This document shows positions 17,064 to 24,815 of a stretch of DNA of 64,000 nt, piece by piece (positions within the stretch are counted from its first letter, which is position 1; every line of letters begins with the position of its first letter). The position numbers and the translations under genes were made by a program. This DNA is from a virus. The stretch covers positions 3,584-67,583 of the IMG/VR virus record IMGVR_UViG_3300009702_000785; one strand, given 5' to 3'. Under the pieces are notes generated by a model. That model saw nothing but the letters and a program-made list of their open reading frames with translations. It was not told the DNA's origin and searched no databases.

Positions 17064-17267
17064 TCAACCCCTATCTACACCCGACTTCGCGGTATCGGGA
17101 TCGTCACCAAAAATCAGTTCTCCTGCTTCTCCCAACCTATCAGCAATGCGCCTAATTTCCTTGTGAGTATCGTCTTCGTTTAACGTACCGGCGCACGAGT
17201 TTGCAATCAGCCGATGCAGATCACCCTCAAGGCGACCTAAGATGTAGCAGACTTTATTCAGGTTCAT
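17064..17267 (-). CDS. Hypothetical protein
   Basis: GGAGG SD before MNLNKVCY. Confidence 0.6.
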   Translation of the reverse strand: MNLNKVCYILGRLEGDLHRLIANSCAGTLNEDDTHKEIRRIADRLGEAGELIFGDDPDTAKSGVDRG

Positions 17268-17844
17268 TGGGCCGCCTCCAGACTGCATTTTGTGACCAAA
17301 ACTCGACAGATCGATGATATACTTCACGATCCAGTGGTACTCCTGAACCACCTTCATCAACGCCAAGAGCATTCCGCATCATGGTGATCGGTGGCATTGG
17401 TTCCTCTTCGTTATGCATCTGACCCAGGATGGCAACAATGCCGTAGTCCGCATCCCCAATGTCAGTACCTTCTTTCTTCATTTGCTCTTTGTTGTACAAA
17501 ACGATGCAGAGGTATTTGGCAGTAGGCGCATTGATTCCCTCAAACCACCTGCCAAGGACGGGAAGTTCGTCATCGGTGCGAGCCTTGAAATCAGAGTGAA
17601 GAAACTGCTCGTTCTCAGGAGTGATTTCTAGAGTACCGGTGTGAACATCGTCCATCCAGTTCTCAACGAACAGTAGTTTACAGAAGGGAGCGTAGCCGTC
17701 TCTTATCAGACAGTGGCCTCGACCAAGGACAAACAATCTATTAACTGTGGCCTCAAATTTATCGGGATCAAGCGGAATCGTGGTTCCAGCGCGAGTTGAA
17801 TCGAAATGCCTATCTATCGCAAACTGACTAAGTGCAGCCTTCAT
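17254..17844 (-). CDS. DUF3228-like protein
   Basis: GYAPFCKLLFVEN, ARTDDELPVLGRWF, LYNKEQM, EPMPPITMMRNALG..EGGSGVPLDRE.Y..SVEFW. Confidence 0.75.
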   Translation of the reverse strand: MKAALSQFAIDRHFDSTRAGTTIPLDPDKFEATVNRLFVLGRGHCLIRDGYAPFCKLLFVENWMDDVHTGTLEITPENEQFLHSDFKARTDDELPVLGRWFEGINAPTAKYLCIVLYNKEQMKKEGTDIGDADYGIVAILGQMHNEEEPMPPITMMRNALGVDEGGSGVPLDREVYHRSVEFWSQNAVWRRPNEPE

Positions 17845-17870
17845 TTTGCAGCCTCCAACGGACAAAAATA

Positions 17871-17995
17871 GGTCGGCAGGCGTCCCATATCCGATACTGT
17901 CTCTCGGGCAACTTCCGCGGCCTCGGTACGTGACGCCGTAGGTTTGGACCCCACAGCCGGGAACGCGCCCGCGCCAAGCATAACTCTGCCGTCAA
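17871..17995 (-). ncRNA. Candidate structured RNA (leader or sRNA)
   Basis: GC-rich nested stems (GGCAG/CTGCC, GCGTTCC/GGGACGC, GCTGTGGG/CCTACGGC) downstream of a promoter, followed by TATTTTT. Confidence 0.5.
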
Positions 17996-17999
17996 CTAT

Positions 18000-18028
18000 A
18001 GTCTACAGCATTTCCGGTCGAAAGTCAA
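18000..18028 (-). promoter_or_regulatory. Sigma70 promoter
   Basis: TTGACT-N17-TAGACT. Confidence 0.7.
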
Positions 18029-18033
18029 ATGAA

Positions 18034-19227
18034 CTACCCAAGGGCTAAAGACCCTTGGGTTTCGTGTATCACAGACTTCTCCAATGAGAACGCCTCCTCA
18101 CGTTTTTGTTTAGACTCCGACTTAGTTCCTAAACCAGAGTATATCTTCAAACCTTGCTCTAATATGTTTTCAGCAGCATTAACATCCCTGTCTAACTCGA
18201 CAGAACAAGAAGGACAAATCCACTTCCTGTCCTCCAGAGTTAAATCATCTTTGATATATTTGCACTTATTGCAGGTCTTACTTGAAGGAAAAAATCTGTC
18301 AACCTGAATGAATGTTCTTTCGTTCCATTCACTTTTATATTGTATCTGACGTATGAGTTCTCCCCAAGAAGCATCTGCAATAGATTTTGCTAAACAGTGG
18401 TTCTTCATCATATTTGCTACGCCTAAACTCTCCATACATATCGTTTGATTTTCACGAACTATGTTTGAAGAGATTTGGTGCAAATGGTTATGACGAATGT
18501 TAGAAATTCTTTCATGAACTCTTGCAACCCTGACACGTTGCTTCCACCTGTTATTAGAGCCTTTGGTTTTCTTGCTTAACTGACGTTGTTCGTATGTTAG
18601 TTTCTTCTTGTGTTTGTATGTTGTTTTGATATTTGAGTGCTTCGTTCCATCAGAACAAATTGCTAAGTCTTTGATACCTAAGTCAACACCAACTTTTTTG
18701 TCTGTTGGAGCATAAGGAATGTGTTCTGTTTCTACAGTGATAGATACAAAATATTTACCAGATGGTTTCCTACTCAGAGTAGCAAACAGAATTTTCCCTG
18801 TTAGTGGTCTATCTTCGTTTACTTTGATAGGTTGTTTAAACTTAGGAAGTTTGAGTTCACCATCTGTATATTTTACAAACTGTGGAACACGAAAAGACTG
18901 CTGATTTCGTTTTGCTTTGAAACGAGGGAAACATGCTTGTTTTCTAAAGAACCTGTTGTACGCAGTATCTAAATCTCTGAGTGCTGCTTGAAGAGATTGA
19001 GAATTGATTTCATTTAACCACTCATATTGTTCGTCTTTCTTGAGAGCAGTGAGAGATTTGGCGTTATCATAGTAATTGAGAGTTTCTTGGTTTTTGAGGT
19101 ATAATGATTTGCGTTTGTTAAGGAAATAATTGTAGACGAACCGTTTAGAACCGAAGTGTTTAGCCAATAGAACTTGTTGTTCTTTGGTGGGATACATTCT
19201 GTAACGGAATGTCTTTGTGACAGTCAT
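18034..19227 (-). CDS. tnpB: TnpB RNA-guided endonuclease, apparently intact
   Basis: HTH start, GVDLG, CMESL, CNKC/CPSC, DRDVNAAENI. Confidence 0.95.
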   Translation of the reverse strand: MTVTKTFRYRMYPTKEQQVLLAKHFGSKRFVYNYFLNKRKSLYLKNQETLNYYDNAKSLTALKKDEQYEWLNEINSQSLQAALRDLDTAYNRFFRKQACFPRFKAKRNQQSFRVPQFVKYTDGELKLPKFKQPIKVNEDRPLTGKILFATLSRKPSGKYFVSITVETEHIPYAPTDKKVGVDLGIKDLAICSDGTKHSNIKTTYKHKKKLTYEQRQLSKKTKGSNNRWKQRVRVARVHERISNIRHNHLHQISSNIVRENQTICMESLGVANMMKNHCLAKSIADASWGELIRQIQYKSEWNERTFIQVDRFFPSSKTCNKCKYIKDDLTLEDRKWICPSCSVELDRDVNAAENILEQGLKIYSGLGTKSESKQKREEAFSLEKSVIHETQGSLALG

Positions 19228-19305
19228 GCACTATTATACAAGAATATTTACGAAGTTCCTTCTTTTTGGTAAAGGAAGTTCTGAGAATATTTTGAATATT
19301 AGTGT

Positions 19306-19716
19306 ATGGCTCAGAAGTATCACAGAAAGAACCACTGCAAGTATATGATTAAGTTACACATGATATTCGTGGTGAAGTATCGTAAACCTTTGTTGGCAGG
19401 AGACTTAGGCGAAGATATTAAGCAGATAATGTTCGATATAAGCAAGAAAGAGGACAGCAATTTTTCTGTAGACACGATGGAAGTGGACAAAGACCACTTA
19501 CATATGTTGCTTGATATTGAGCCTACGGTAAGTGCAGTTTCTATTGTTAATCGTTTGAAATCCATGTCTACACACAGAATATGGGAATTACGCAAGAATG
19601 AGTTGAAGAAGGATTTCTGGAAAGAACAGACATTTTGGAGTGATGGGTATTTTGTTTGTTCAACTGGTGATGCGTGTATGGAAACGATTAGGAAATATAT
19701 TGAAGAGCAGGGGTGA
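19306..19716 (+). CDS. tnpA: IS200-type Y1 HUH transposase
   Basis: HMIFVVKYRK, DKDHLHML (HUH), FWSDGYFVCS, IRKYIEEQ. Confidence 0.95.
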   Translation: MAQKYHRKNHCKYMIKLHMIFVVKYRKPLLAGDLGEDIKQIMFDISKKEDSNFSVDTMEVDKDHLHMLLDIEPTVSAVSIVNRLKSMSTHRIWELRKNELKKDFWKEQTFWSDGYFVCSTGDACMETIRKYIEEQG

Positions 19717-19840
19717 TGGAGAGTGCGTCAATTCATCCCCTTGGCTAAAGACCAAGGGGTTTTCTTGGCGCATAAAATAAAAAAATGTGAATGCCCCAGG
19801 CAGGATTTAAGAATACCTAGATTTCTGTTCTTTTGTCCAA

Positions 19841-19914
19841 TACCGATGGTGGGAGTCGAACCCACAACTACTTGATTTTAAGTCAAGCTCCTCTGCCAAT
19901 TGGGATACACCGGC
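19841..19914 (-). tRNA. tRNA with UAA anticodon (Leu), short variable loop
   Basis: 74-nt cloverleaf; CTTGA-CTTAAAA-TCAAG; A73. Confidence 0.85.
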
Positions 19915-19932
19915 AAATTTTTACAGATGTCG

Positions 19933-20091
19933 CTAACAGTGTGACGTGGTATATTGTTCGTTGAGTAGATTATCATGGCCGCCTTCCACCGATACTTCGG
20001 AGAGTATTTTGTCTGCTTGTTCAAACTTGCCTTCCCAGAAAAGATCGTCGATAACATCGAAAATCTTGTCTAGCTGTTGGTCAACACTCAT
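19933..20091 (-). CDS. 52-aa acidic hypothetical peptide
   Basis: MSVDQQLDKIFDVIDDLFWEGKFEQADKIL..., translated by hand. Confidence 0.45.
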   Translation of the reverse strand: MSVDQQLDKIFDVIDDLFWEGKFEQADKILSEVSVEGGHDNLLNEQYTTSHC

Positions 20092-20093
20092 AC

Positions 20094-20120
20094 TACCCCT
20101 GACAGGAGTCGAACCTGCAC
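20094..20120 (-). pseudogene. 3' tRNA fragment (T-arm + acceptor strand)
   Basis: GCAGGTTCGACTCCTGTCAGGGGTA, directly downstream of tRNA-Leu(UAG). Confidence 0.7.
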
Positions 20121-20126
20121 ACGCAA

Positions 20127-20209
20127 TGCCCCCGACAGGATTCGAACCTGTACGCCCTTTCAGGCACGGCGTCCTAAACGCCGCGTGTCTGCCGTTTCAC
20201 CACGGAGGC
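20127..20209 (-). tRNA. tRNA-Leu(UAG)
   Basis: CGGCG-TTTAGGA-CGCCG, long variable arm. Confidence 0.92.
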
Positions 20210-20668
20210 TTTTAATTGCCGACCCCTAAATGTAGGAGTCTGGGAATGACAATTTGGGCAGAGAATCCTCAAATTGCCGATTTTGTTATTACAGTTATCT
20301 CCATCTATGTGGTCAAGTTCCAAAACAATTGATTTTCCATTCCATTCATTCCCCAACCCACACTCGGAACATATTTCATCTAATAGACCGGCTTTGAACA
20401 ATTTTTGCTTTAGATTGACAGACTTGAAGTAAGTCCCTTTTTTCAATATTTTCTCAAGTGGTATGGCATTAAGAGCAGTTCCATTCAAATTCCATCCTTG
20501 ACCAAGAAAATGATCCCATTCAATACCATTATTTGTGGCTATTTTTTTGAGATTGGAGATGTTGCCACCGGCATATTTAAGCCCGATTTTCTTTGTCACT
20601 TGTCTCCACGACTCTGACGTTTTGATAGCAGTTCGTAAATCGTCTACGGAATATCGTTTTGATGCCAT
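20174..20668 (-). CDS. HNH endonuclease
   Basis: CSECG...LELDHIDGDNCNN...NLRILCPNCHSQT. Confidence 0.9.
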   Translation of the reverse strand: MASKRYSVDDLRTAIKTSESWRQVTKKIGLKYAGGNISNLKKIATNNGIEWDHFLGQGWNLNGTALNAIPLEKILKKGTYFKSVNLKQKLFKAGLLDEICSECGLGNEWNGKSIVLELDHIDGDNCNNKIGNLRILCPNCHSQTPTFRGRQLKASVVKRQTRGV

Positions 20669-20720
20669 AATAGTCTCCTGTATTACACATTCGACTTTTC
20701 TGGCATACTTCCTTCTTTAT

Positions 20721-20752
20721 TCTTGCGCGTCTGCCAATTCCGCCACGAGCCC
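20721..20752 (-). pseudogene. 5' half of a tRNA-Leu
   Basis: GGGCTCGTGGCGGAATTGGCAGACGCGCAAGA with no matching 3' half. Confidence 0.7.
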
Positions 20753-20781
20753 GTTGGCCCGACCTGGCCGGGCCTTGCGGG

Positions 20782-20976
20782 TTACGAAACCCGAACTCTG
20801 CGCTTGTCGCCGGTATCTGTCTTTTCAACAACAAATTCATCGTTGTTAAAGATTACCCACCAATCCAACTCATCGTTGCTGTCGGAGAAGACTTCGTGCC
20901 ACTTTTCTCCATCATAATCGAGAAAATTAGGGTCTGGGTCTCCGGGTAATGCTTTCTTGTATACTTTTAATGCCAT
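20782..20976 (-). CDS. Hypothetical protein
   Basis: AGGAG SD and an upstream TATAAT. Confidence 0.55.
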   Translation of the reverse strand: MALKVYKKALPGDPDPNFLDYDGEKWHEVFSDSNDELDWWVIFNNDEFVVEKTDTGDKRRVRVS

Positions 20977-21065
20977 TGGATTCATCTCCTTTTGTATGAT
21001 GTGTAGTTGTATTATACTAGAATACCTAAGCGATTTCCTTCATTTTTTGAGAGTTTACACGTTGA

Positions 21066-21138
21066 AGAGTGCGGTGGGACTCGAACCCACGGTATCGTGC
21101 TTTGCAGGCACGCGCCTTCGCCACTCGGCCACGCACTC
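21066..21138 (-). tRNA. tRNA-Cys(GCA)
   Basis: CGTGC-CTGCAAA-GCACG; U73. Confidence 0.93.
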
Positions 21139-21185
21139 ATATTTTTGCAGCCTCGCGCCTATCCTCTTGGCTACTCAGTCATTTA

Positions 21186-21256
21186 CGACCCCAGCGGGAG
21201 TTGAACCCGCCCCTCAAGATCGACAGTCTCACGTGCTACCGAAACACCTTGGGGCC
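21186..21256 (-). tRNA. tRNA-Asp(GUC)
   Basis: TGAGA-CTGTCGA-TCTTG; G73. Confidence 0.88.
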
Positions 21257-21291
21257 TATTACACTCGCAAACGTAAATCTACAAGGGTTAA

Positions 21292-21348
21292 TCGACTCGC
21301 ATAACCCGCATCGACAGTGCGGTGCATTCGCCATTATGCTACGCCTCT
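21292..21348 (-). pseudogene. Truncated tRNA-Asp(GUC)
   Basis: D-arm and CCGCA-CTGTCGA-TGCGG are intact; T-arm and 3' strand are disrupted. Confidence 0.65.
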
Positions 21349-21355
21349 ATTGTTT

Positions 21356-21694
21356 TTACCGTATGTATCTGTCTGGATACCTACGACAATCTTTTGCTAA
21401 TTGTATTAACATCTCTCCGATTTTTTCTGCTTCTTCTGGTGTTAGATCAACCGTATGTGTACATGACTGCATCGACAAAAGAAACTTCTGTGTTTTAGTC
21501 ATTGGATCATATTCTTTAGGGTCTACATATCCAAATGCCTGAAGTACCACATGCGGCAATCCACTTCGTCTGTCAAGATTTACTCTACCACCATATCTAC
21601 CACCATGCCGACCATTTTCATCACAATTTTGCGTGATCGTTTCTTCGATTTCCAATTCAAAATGTGGGCATTCATCCGATTGTTCGATTATCAT
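21356..21694 (-). CDS. Hypothetical protein within the tRNA array
   Basis: 112-aa ORF between tRNAs. Confidence 0.65.
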   Translation of the reverse strand: MIIEQSDECPHFELEIEETITQNCDENGRHGGRYGGRVNLDRRSGLPHVVLQAFGYVDPKEYDPMTKTQKFLLSMQSCTHTVDLTPEEAEKIGEMLIQLAKDCRRYPDRYIR

Positions 21695-21750
21695 GTCTTT
21701 TTCCTATAAAATGCGGGCGTACAGATACCCTAGTAATTATAAGAGAAAAC

Positions 21751-21824
21751 TGCGGAAGGTGGGAATCGAACCCACAACTCACTAGCTCTGAACCAGCGTC
21801 CTCTGCCGATTGGGATACTCCCGC
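21751..21824 (-). tRNA. tRNA with CAG anticodon (Leu), short variable loop
   Basis: 74 nt; GCTGG-TTCAGAG-CTAGT; D- and T-arm nearly identical to the 19841 tRNA. Confidence 0.85.
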
Positions 21825-21830
21825 TCTAAC

Positions 21831-21901
21831 TCAGGAGATGGAATCGAACCCATGTCATCGAGCAAACAACTCGACTGCTCTATCCAGTTAATCTACTCCC
21901 A
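21831..21901 (-). pseudogene. Degenerate tRNA (Asn-like, GUU)
   Basis: TCGAG-TTGTTTG-CTCGA; weak D-stem, T-stem and acceptor pairing. Confidence 0.5.
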
Positions 21902-21929
21902 CAATATGGTTCCAATTCCTCGAAAATAA

Positions 21930-21998
21930 CAGGGGCGAAGAGTGTCGATCTCTTTCCACCGAGTTTTGGAGACTCAGGGCCAGGCCGCTGGCACCCCT
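21930..21998 (-). tRNA. tRNA-Trp(CCA), short D-arm
   Basis: AGGGGTG/CGCCCCT; TGAGT-CTCCAAA-ACTCG; atypical T-loop ATCGACA. Confidence 0.75.
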
Positions 21999-22052
21999 AA
22001 AGTTGAGAGCAAAAGTTTTCATTGCTGTACATTTTCTCCCCCGTTTTCAAAG

Positions 22053-22127
22053 TGGCGGGGGACGTAGGAATCGAACCTACAATGACCAATTTGGACTCAG
22101 TCATGTATCCAGTTTGTATGCAACGAC
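22053..22127 (-). pseudogene. Degenerate tRNA (Trp-like) ending in CCA
   Basis: Good T-arm and encoded CCA; 5' acceptor strand does not pair. Confidence 0.45.
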
Positions 22128-22143
22128 AGTAGGTTGCTCTCAA

Positions 22144-22227
22144 TGGCCTCGGTGGGACTCGAACCCACAACCCGGTTGAGGGACCAGATTTTGAATCTGG
22201 CGCGTATGCCAATTTCGCCACGCGGCC
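22144..22227 (-). tRNA. tRNA-Leu(CAA)
   Basis: CCAGA-TTCAAAA-TCTGG, long variable arm. Confidence 0.9.
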
Positions 22228-22273
22228 GTCTACCTTTGTGTTTGTATGCGACAGAATTTAGGTCGCAGTCCAA

Positions 22274-22357
22274 TGGGGGCGATAGGAATCGAACCTATTC
22301 AGGCTTTCGCCAACGGGTTTACAGCCCGTCCCAACTCTCCAACTTTGGCGCACCCCC
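22274..22357 (-). tRNA. tRNA-Tyr(GUA)
   Basis: ACGGG-CTGTAAA-CCCGT, long variable arm. Confidence 0.92.
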
Positions 22358-22477
22358 TTATTTTAACCATAATATAATTCTTTCCAATATTTTCCCACCT
22401 GTTCTTCGGGAGAAGGATTCGAACCTTCAATCGTTGTTTGTATGCAATAACGAGTAGGTCGCATCCGATTTCCTAAA

Positions 22478-22562
22478 TGCGGTCGGAGGGATTCGAACCC
22501 TCACGGGCTTATTGCCCACGGCACTCTCAACGCCGCTCGTCTACCAATTCCGACACGACCGC
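22478..22562 (-). tRNA. tRNA-Leu(GAG)
   Basis: CGGCG-TTGAGAG-TGCCG, long variable arm. Confidence 0.93.
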
Positions 22563-22810
22563 TTAAGTGAGTCTGAACTTGTCAAAGAGCAATCCTGCAA
22601 CTGATCCAAAGACCTAACATCAATTAGTCGTCTCAATTGCGGAACAAATCTGTGACTTCTGCTTTTGTCTGCCGACAGATGCATTGTCACATAACCGCCT
22701 GCTGCTGATATATATTCAACTCTCGCACCTAGTCTATTACATAGGAACAGTATCTTAGGTAACGCTCCCATAGTGCGTATATTCAGAGTCAGTATAATCT
22801 GTTTTCTCAT
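22541..22810 (-). CDS. Stand-alone ACT-domain protein (IlvN/IlvM-like)
   Basis: IILTL....GALPKIL.L..RLGARVEYIS...L..QLRRLIDV pattern. Confidence 0.7.
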   Translation of the reverse strand: MRKQIILTLNIRTMGALPKILFLCNRLGARVEYISAAGGYVTMHLSADKSRSHRFVPQLRRLIDVRSLDQLQDCSLTSSDSLKRSCRNW

Positions 22811-22847
22811 GCTCTTAGAATACTCGGATACCCTCACATTGATCTCC

Positions 22848-22884
22848 AAAAAAAATCCCAGTAACCTTGTCAGGCTACCGGGAC
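22848..22884 (-). terminator. Intrinsic terminator (attenuator)
   Basis: TCCCGGTAGCC-TGACAA-GGTTACTGGGA 11-bp stem followed by T8. Confidence 0.9.
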
Positions 22885-22911
22885 TTGCTGAAGATCATTT
22901 CAACGCGAAGT

Positions 22912-22977
22912 CTAGGTAGCCGTGGCCTCCCACAGATAATCAAGGTCGTGCGATAAACTAACTAGACAAAAGAGCAT
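22912..22977 (-). CDS. Candidate attenuator leader peptide MLFCLVSLSHDLDYLWEATAT
   Basis: 21 codons between promoter and terminator. Its 3' end GGCTACC is complementary to GGTAGCC in the terminator stem. Confidence 0.6.
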   Translation of the reverse strand: MLFCLVSLSHDLDYLWEATAT

Positions 22978-23023
22978 TGGTCTGTTTCCCAGTGAAAACG
23001 GGACAATTCCCGTCACTGCCATC

Positions 23024-23052
23024 ATTATACCCGCTTATACGCCAAAGGTCAA
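23024..23052 (-). promoter_or_regulatory. Sigma70 promoter heading the ACT/tRNA array
   Basis: TTGACC-N17-TATAAT, followed by a 5' hairpin (CAGTGA-CGGGA/TCCCG-TCACTG). Confidence 0.85.
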
Positions 23053-23063
23053 GGGAAATCCTT

Positions 23064-24017
23064 CTAAAAAACAGATTTTTCTTCCCTCGATGGTATACCC
23101 TGTTTAATCGCAGAAATCAAGCGAAAATCTTTGTCAGGGAGATTTTTTGGCATCGGCAATTTGCAGAGGTCGATATACCACCCTAAGTTCATAGGTATGT
23201 TCATTTCGTCCACCTCTTGCAAAAACTCGAAACCTGCCTCATAGATCGACAGGTCATCGCAGACGCATATTTCTCTAAAGAACGAATAGTACTTCTCGAT
23301 AGAGTCTTTCTGCGTACCAATGAAGTGGATGGTTTCGGCTGTTTCGTAGGTAAAAGGCTTCCACCAGCTGTAGATTTCAATCGGAATGCGGGTGATACAA
23401 AAGTCGGTGGCCCTTTCTAGGTCATATAGAGCCAGATTGGATGTGCCCTGCTCGTTGATATGGTAAGATCGCTCAGAATCCAGAGAAAGTTGGTCAGCGT
23501 GCTTTTTGAACAAGTTTCTCCAGATGTTATCCTTCAAACCGACAATACCTACATTGACGATGCCGTCATAGCCCCGCAACCGACTTTTGAAGTCTCCGAC
23601 ATTTTGGGCTATCCAATTGCCCATAAAGTCTCTACCAGCAATCATATTGGATGGAGAGTTGAGCCAATCTACCAGAGTTTGCGGCTTGCGTATAAAGAAA
23701 ACATCTGTATCAATGAAAACCTCAATAGGTTTGATGTTCAAATTGAATGGTGCCCACTTCCACCAAGCTCCGCCGATCACGTCGAAAGCAAAAGCCCAAT
23801 CTTTATCAGTCTGTTTACGCAAGATCAAGTTGTTGAAGTCGATGATGTTGTCATACGATTGAATTGCCCTACAGAATTTCGGGAAGTCAGCCCCGTTGTA
23901 TGAAACACAGTAAGATGCTTCAGGAAAGAACCGCTGTAATGATGCTACTGCGAGGTTGGTTCTGTATACCGAACTATCGCTGTCACCTGTAGCCCACCTG
24001 AATAATACGTTGTTCAT
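23064..24017 (-). CDS. GT-A-like nucleotide-diphospho-sugar transferase
   Basis: VFIDTDVFF (DxD), IVNVGIV, INEQG, IHFIG. Confidence 0.65.
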   Translation of the reverse strand: MNNVLFRWATGDSDSSVYRTNLAVASLQRFFPEASYCVSYNGADFPKFCRAIQSYDNIIDFNNLILRKQTDKDWAFAFDVIGGAWWKWAPFNLNIKPIEVFIDTDVFFIRKPQTLVDWLNSPSNMIAGRDFMGNWIAQNVGDFKSRLRGYDGIVNVGIVGLKDNIWRNLFKKHADQLSLDSERSYHINEQGTSNLALYDLERATDFCITRIPIEIYSWWKPFTYETAETIHFIGTQKDSIEKYYSFFREICVCDDLSIYEAGFEFLQEVDEMNIPMNLGWYIDLCKLPMPKNLPDKDFRLISAIKQGIPSREEKSVF

Positions 24018-24814
24018 TCAAACAATAACCTCAGAGACCCGGATATATCTTCCTCGGCCTCGGTACTAAACCGGCTGCATTTAGGAAATCCCTCTTCAGA
24101 TTTCAGATACAATGGTTCTTTGTCTGGAAACATATCTTGTATGATTAGAGATAAGCATAACTGTCCTGCGATAGAACAAGCGCAGTATAAGTTCGCAAAA
24201 TGGTCGCCATAGAAATCAAGAATCCATTGCAGCATCAAGAGATATCTTGGCTGGACTTCCTCGACGTGCTGCTTGGGTATGTATAGAAAATCGGCATTCC
24301 TTAATGGTTTATTTAGGATATCATCAACATTACCATTTAACAAACCAGATGATTGGCAGTATTCCACAAACTGCGTGGCCTCATCTTTGTCTAAGAATCC
24401 CCAGCTAACATTATACCATATATTGTCTTTGCACCAGAAGTAGATTTCGTCGGGATTAATGACAGGCATCCGATGGAAGTGGATGTTATGATTCACATGG
24501 CATATTGGTTCGTCTATTTTGCTGGCTATTTGCAGATAAGGCGCATGTCGTTTATGATACCAGCCAGGATATATGGTAACATCTTCTAGCTTATTACCGA
24601 AGCAGACAATTTCCAGTTTATCAAATATCTCTTCATTTCTGAGGGCAGCCAGATCATAGGCGGGGTTGCGACCTATGGACCTGATGTAGTGCAACCATAT
24701 TTGATCATTGGTCTGATCTTTCTGAATGGCGGCTCGCATATTGAGTGCAGAATACTTCATGAGATTCAAAAAGTTAGTTGCGCCAAAATCCATATACACG
24801 AATTGGTAGATCAT
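24014..24814 (-). CDS. Degenerate GT-A-like protein
   Basis: MKYSALN...ICHVNHNIHF...NADFLYIP; parallels its neighbours. Confidence 0.5.
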   Translation of the reverse strand: MIYQFVYMDFGATNFLNLMKYSALNMRAAIQKDQTNDQIWLHYIRSIGRNPAYDLAALRNEEIFDKLEIVCFGNKLEDVTIYPGWYHKRHAPYLQIASKIDEPICHVNHNIHFHRMPVINPDEIYFWCKDNIWYNVSWGFLDKDEATQFVEYCQSSGLLNGNVDDILNKPLRNADFLYIPKQHVEEVQPRYLLMLQWILDFYGDHFANLYCACSIAGQLCLSLIIQDMFPDKEPLYLKSEEGFPKCSRFSTEAEEDISGSLRLLFE

Positions 24815-24815
24815 A

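Larger units (their letters stand above)
18030..19771 (-). mobile_element. IS200/IS605-family element (IS605 type, divergent tnpA/tnpB)
   Basis: Right-end hairpin CCCAAGGG-TCTTTAG-CCCTTGGG ending GTAGTTCA; left-end hairpin CCCCTTGG-TCTTTAG-CCAAGGGG. Left boundary +/- 2 nt. Confidence 0.92.

Noticed and set aside
20721-20752. tmRNA 5' end or a group I intron-split tRNA
   Set aside because: It has a tRNA-Leu D-arm, and no complementary CGAGCCC 3' exon or tmRNA tag was found downstream.
22405-22427. Additional tRNA
   Set aside because: Only a T-arm/3' fragment; the similar remnant at ~19792-19808 is also incomplete.
19946-22457. Track ORFs 19946-20215, 20535-20849, 21069-21542, 21664-21891, 21997-22221, 22134-22457
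   Set aside because: They are translations across tRNA genes or their antisense strands.
23003-23022. Upstream in-frame ATG extending the leader peptide
   Set aside because: It starts about 2 nt after the -10 box, so it is unlikely to be in the transcript.
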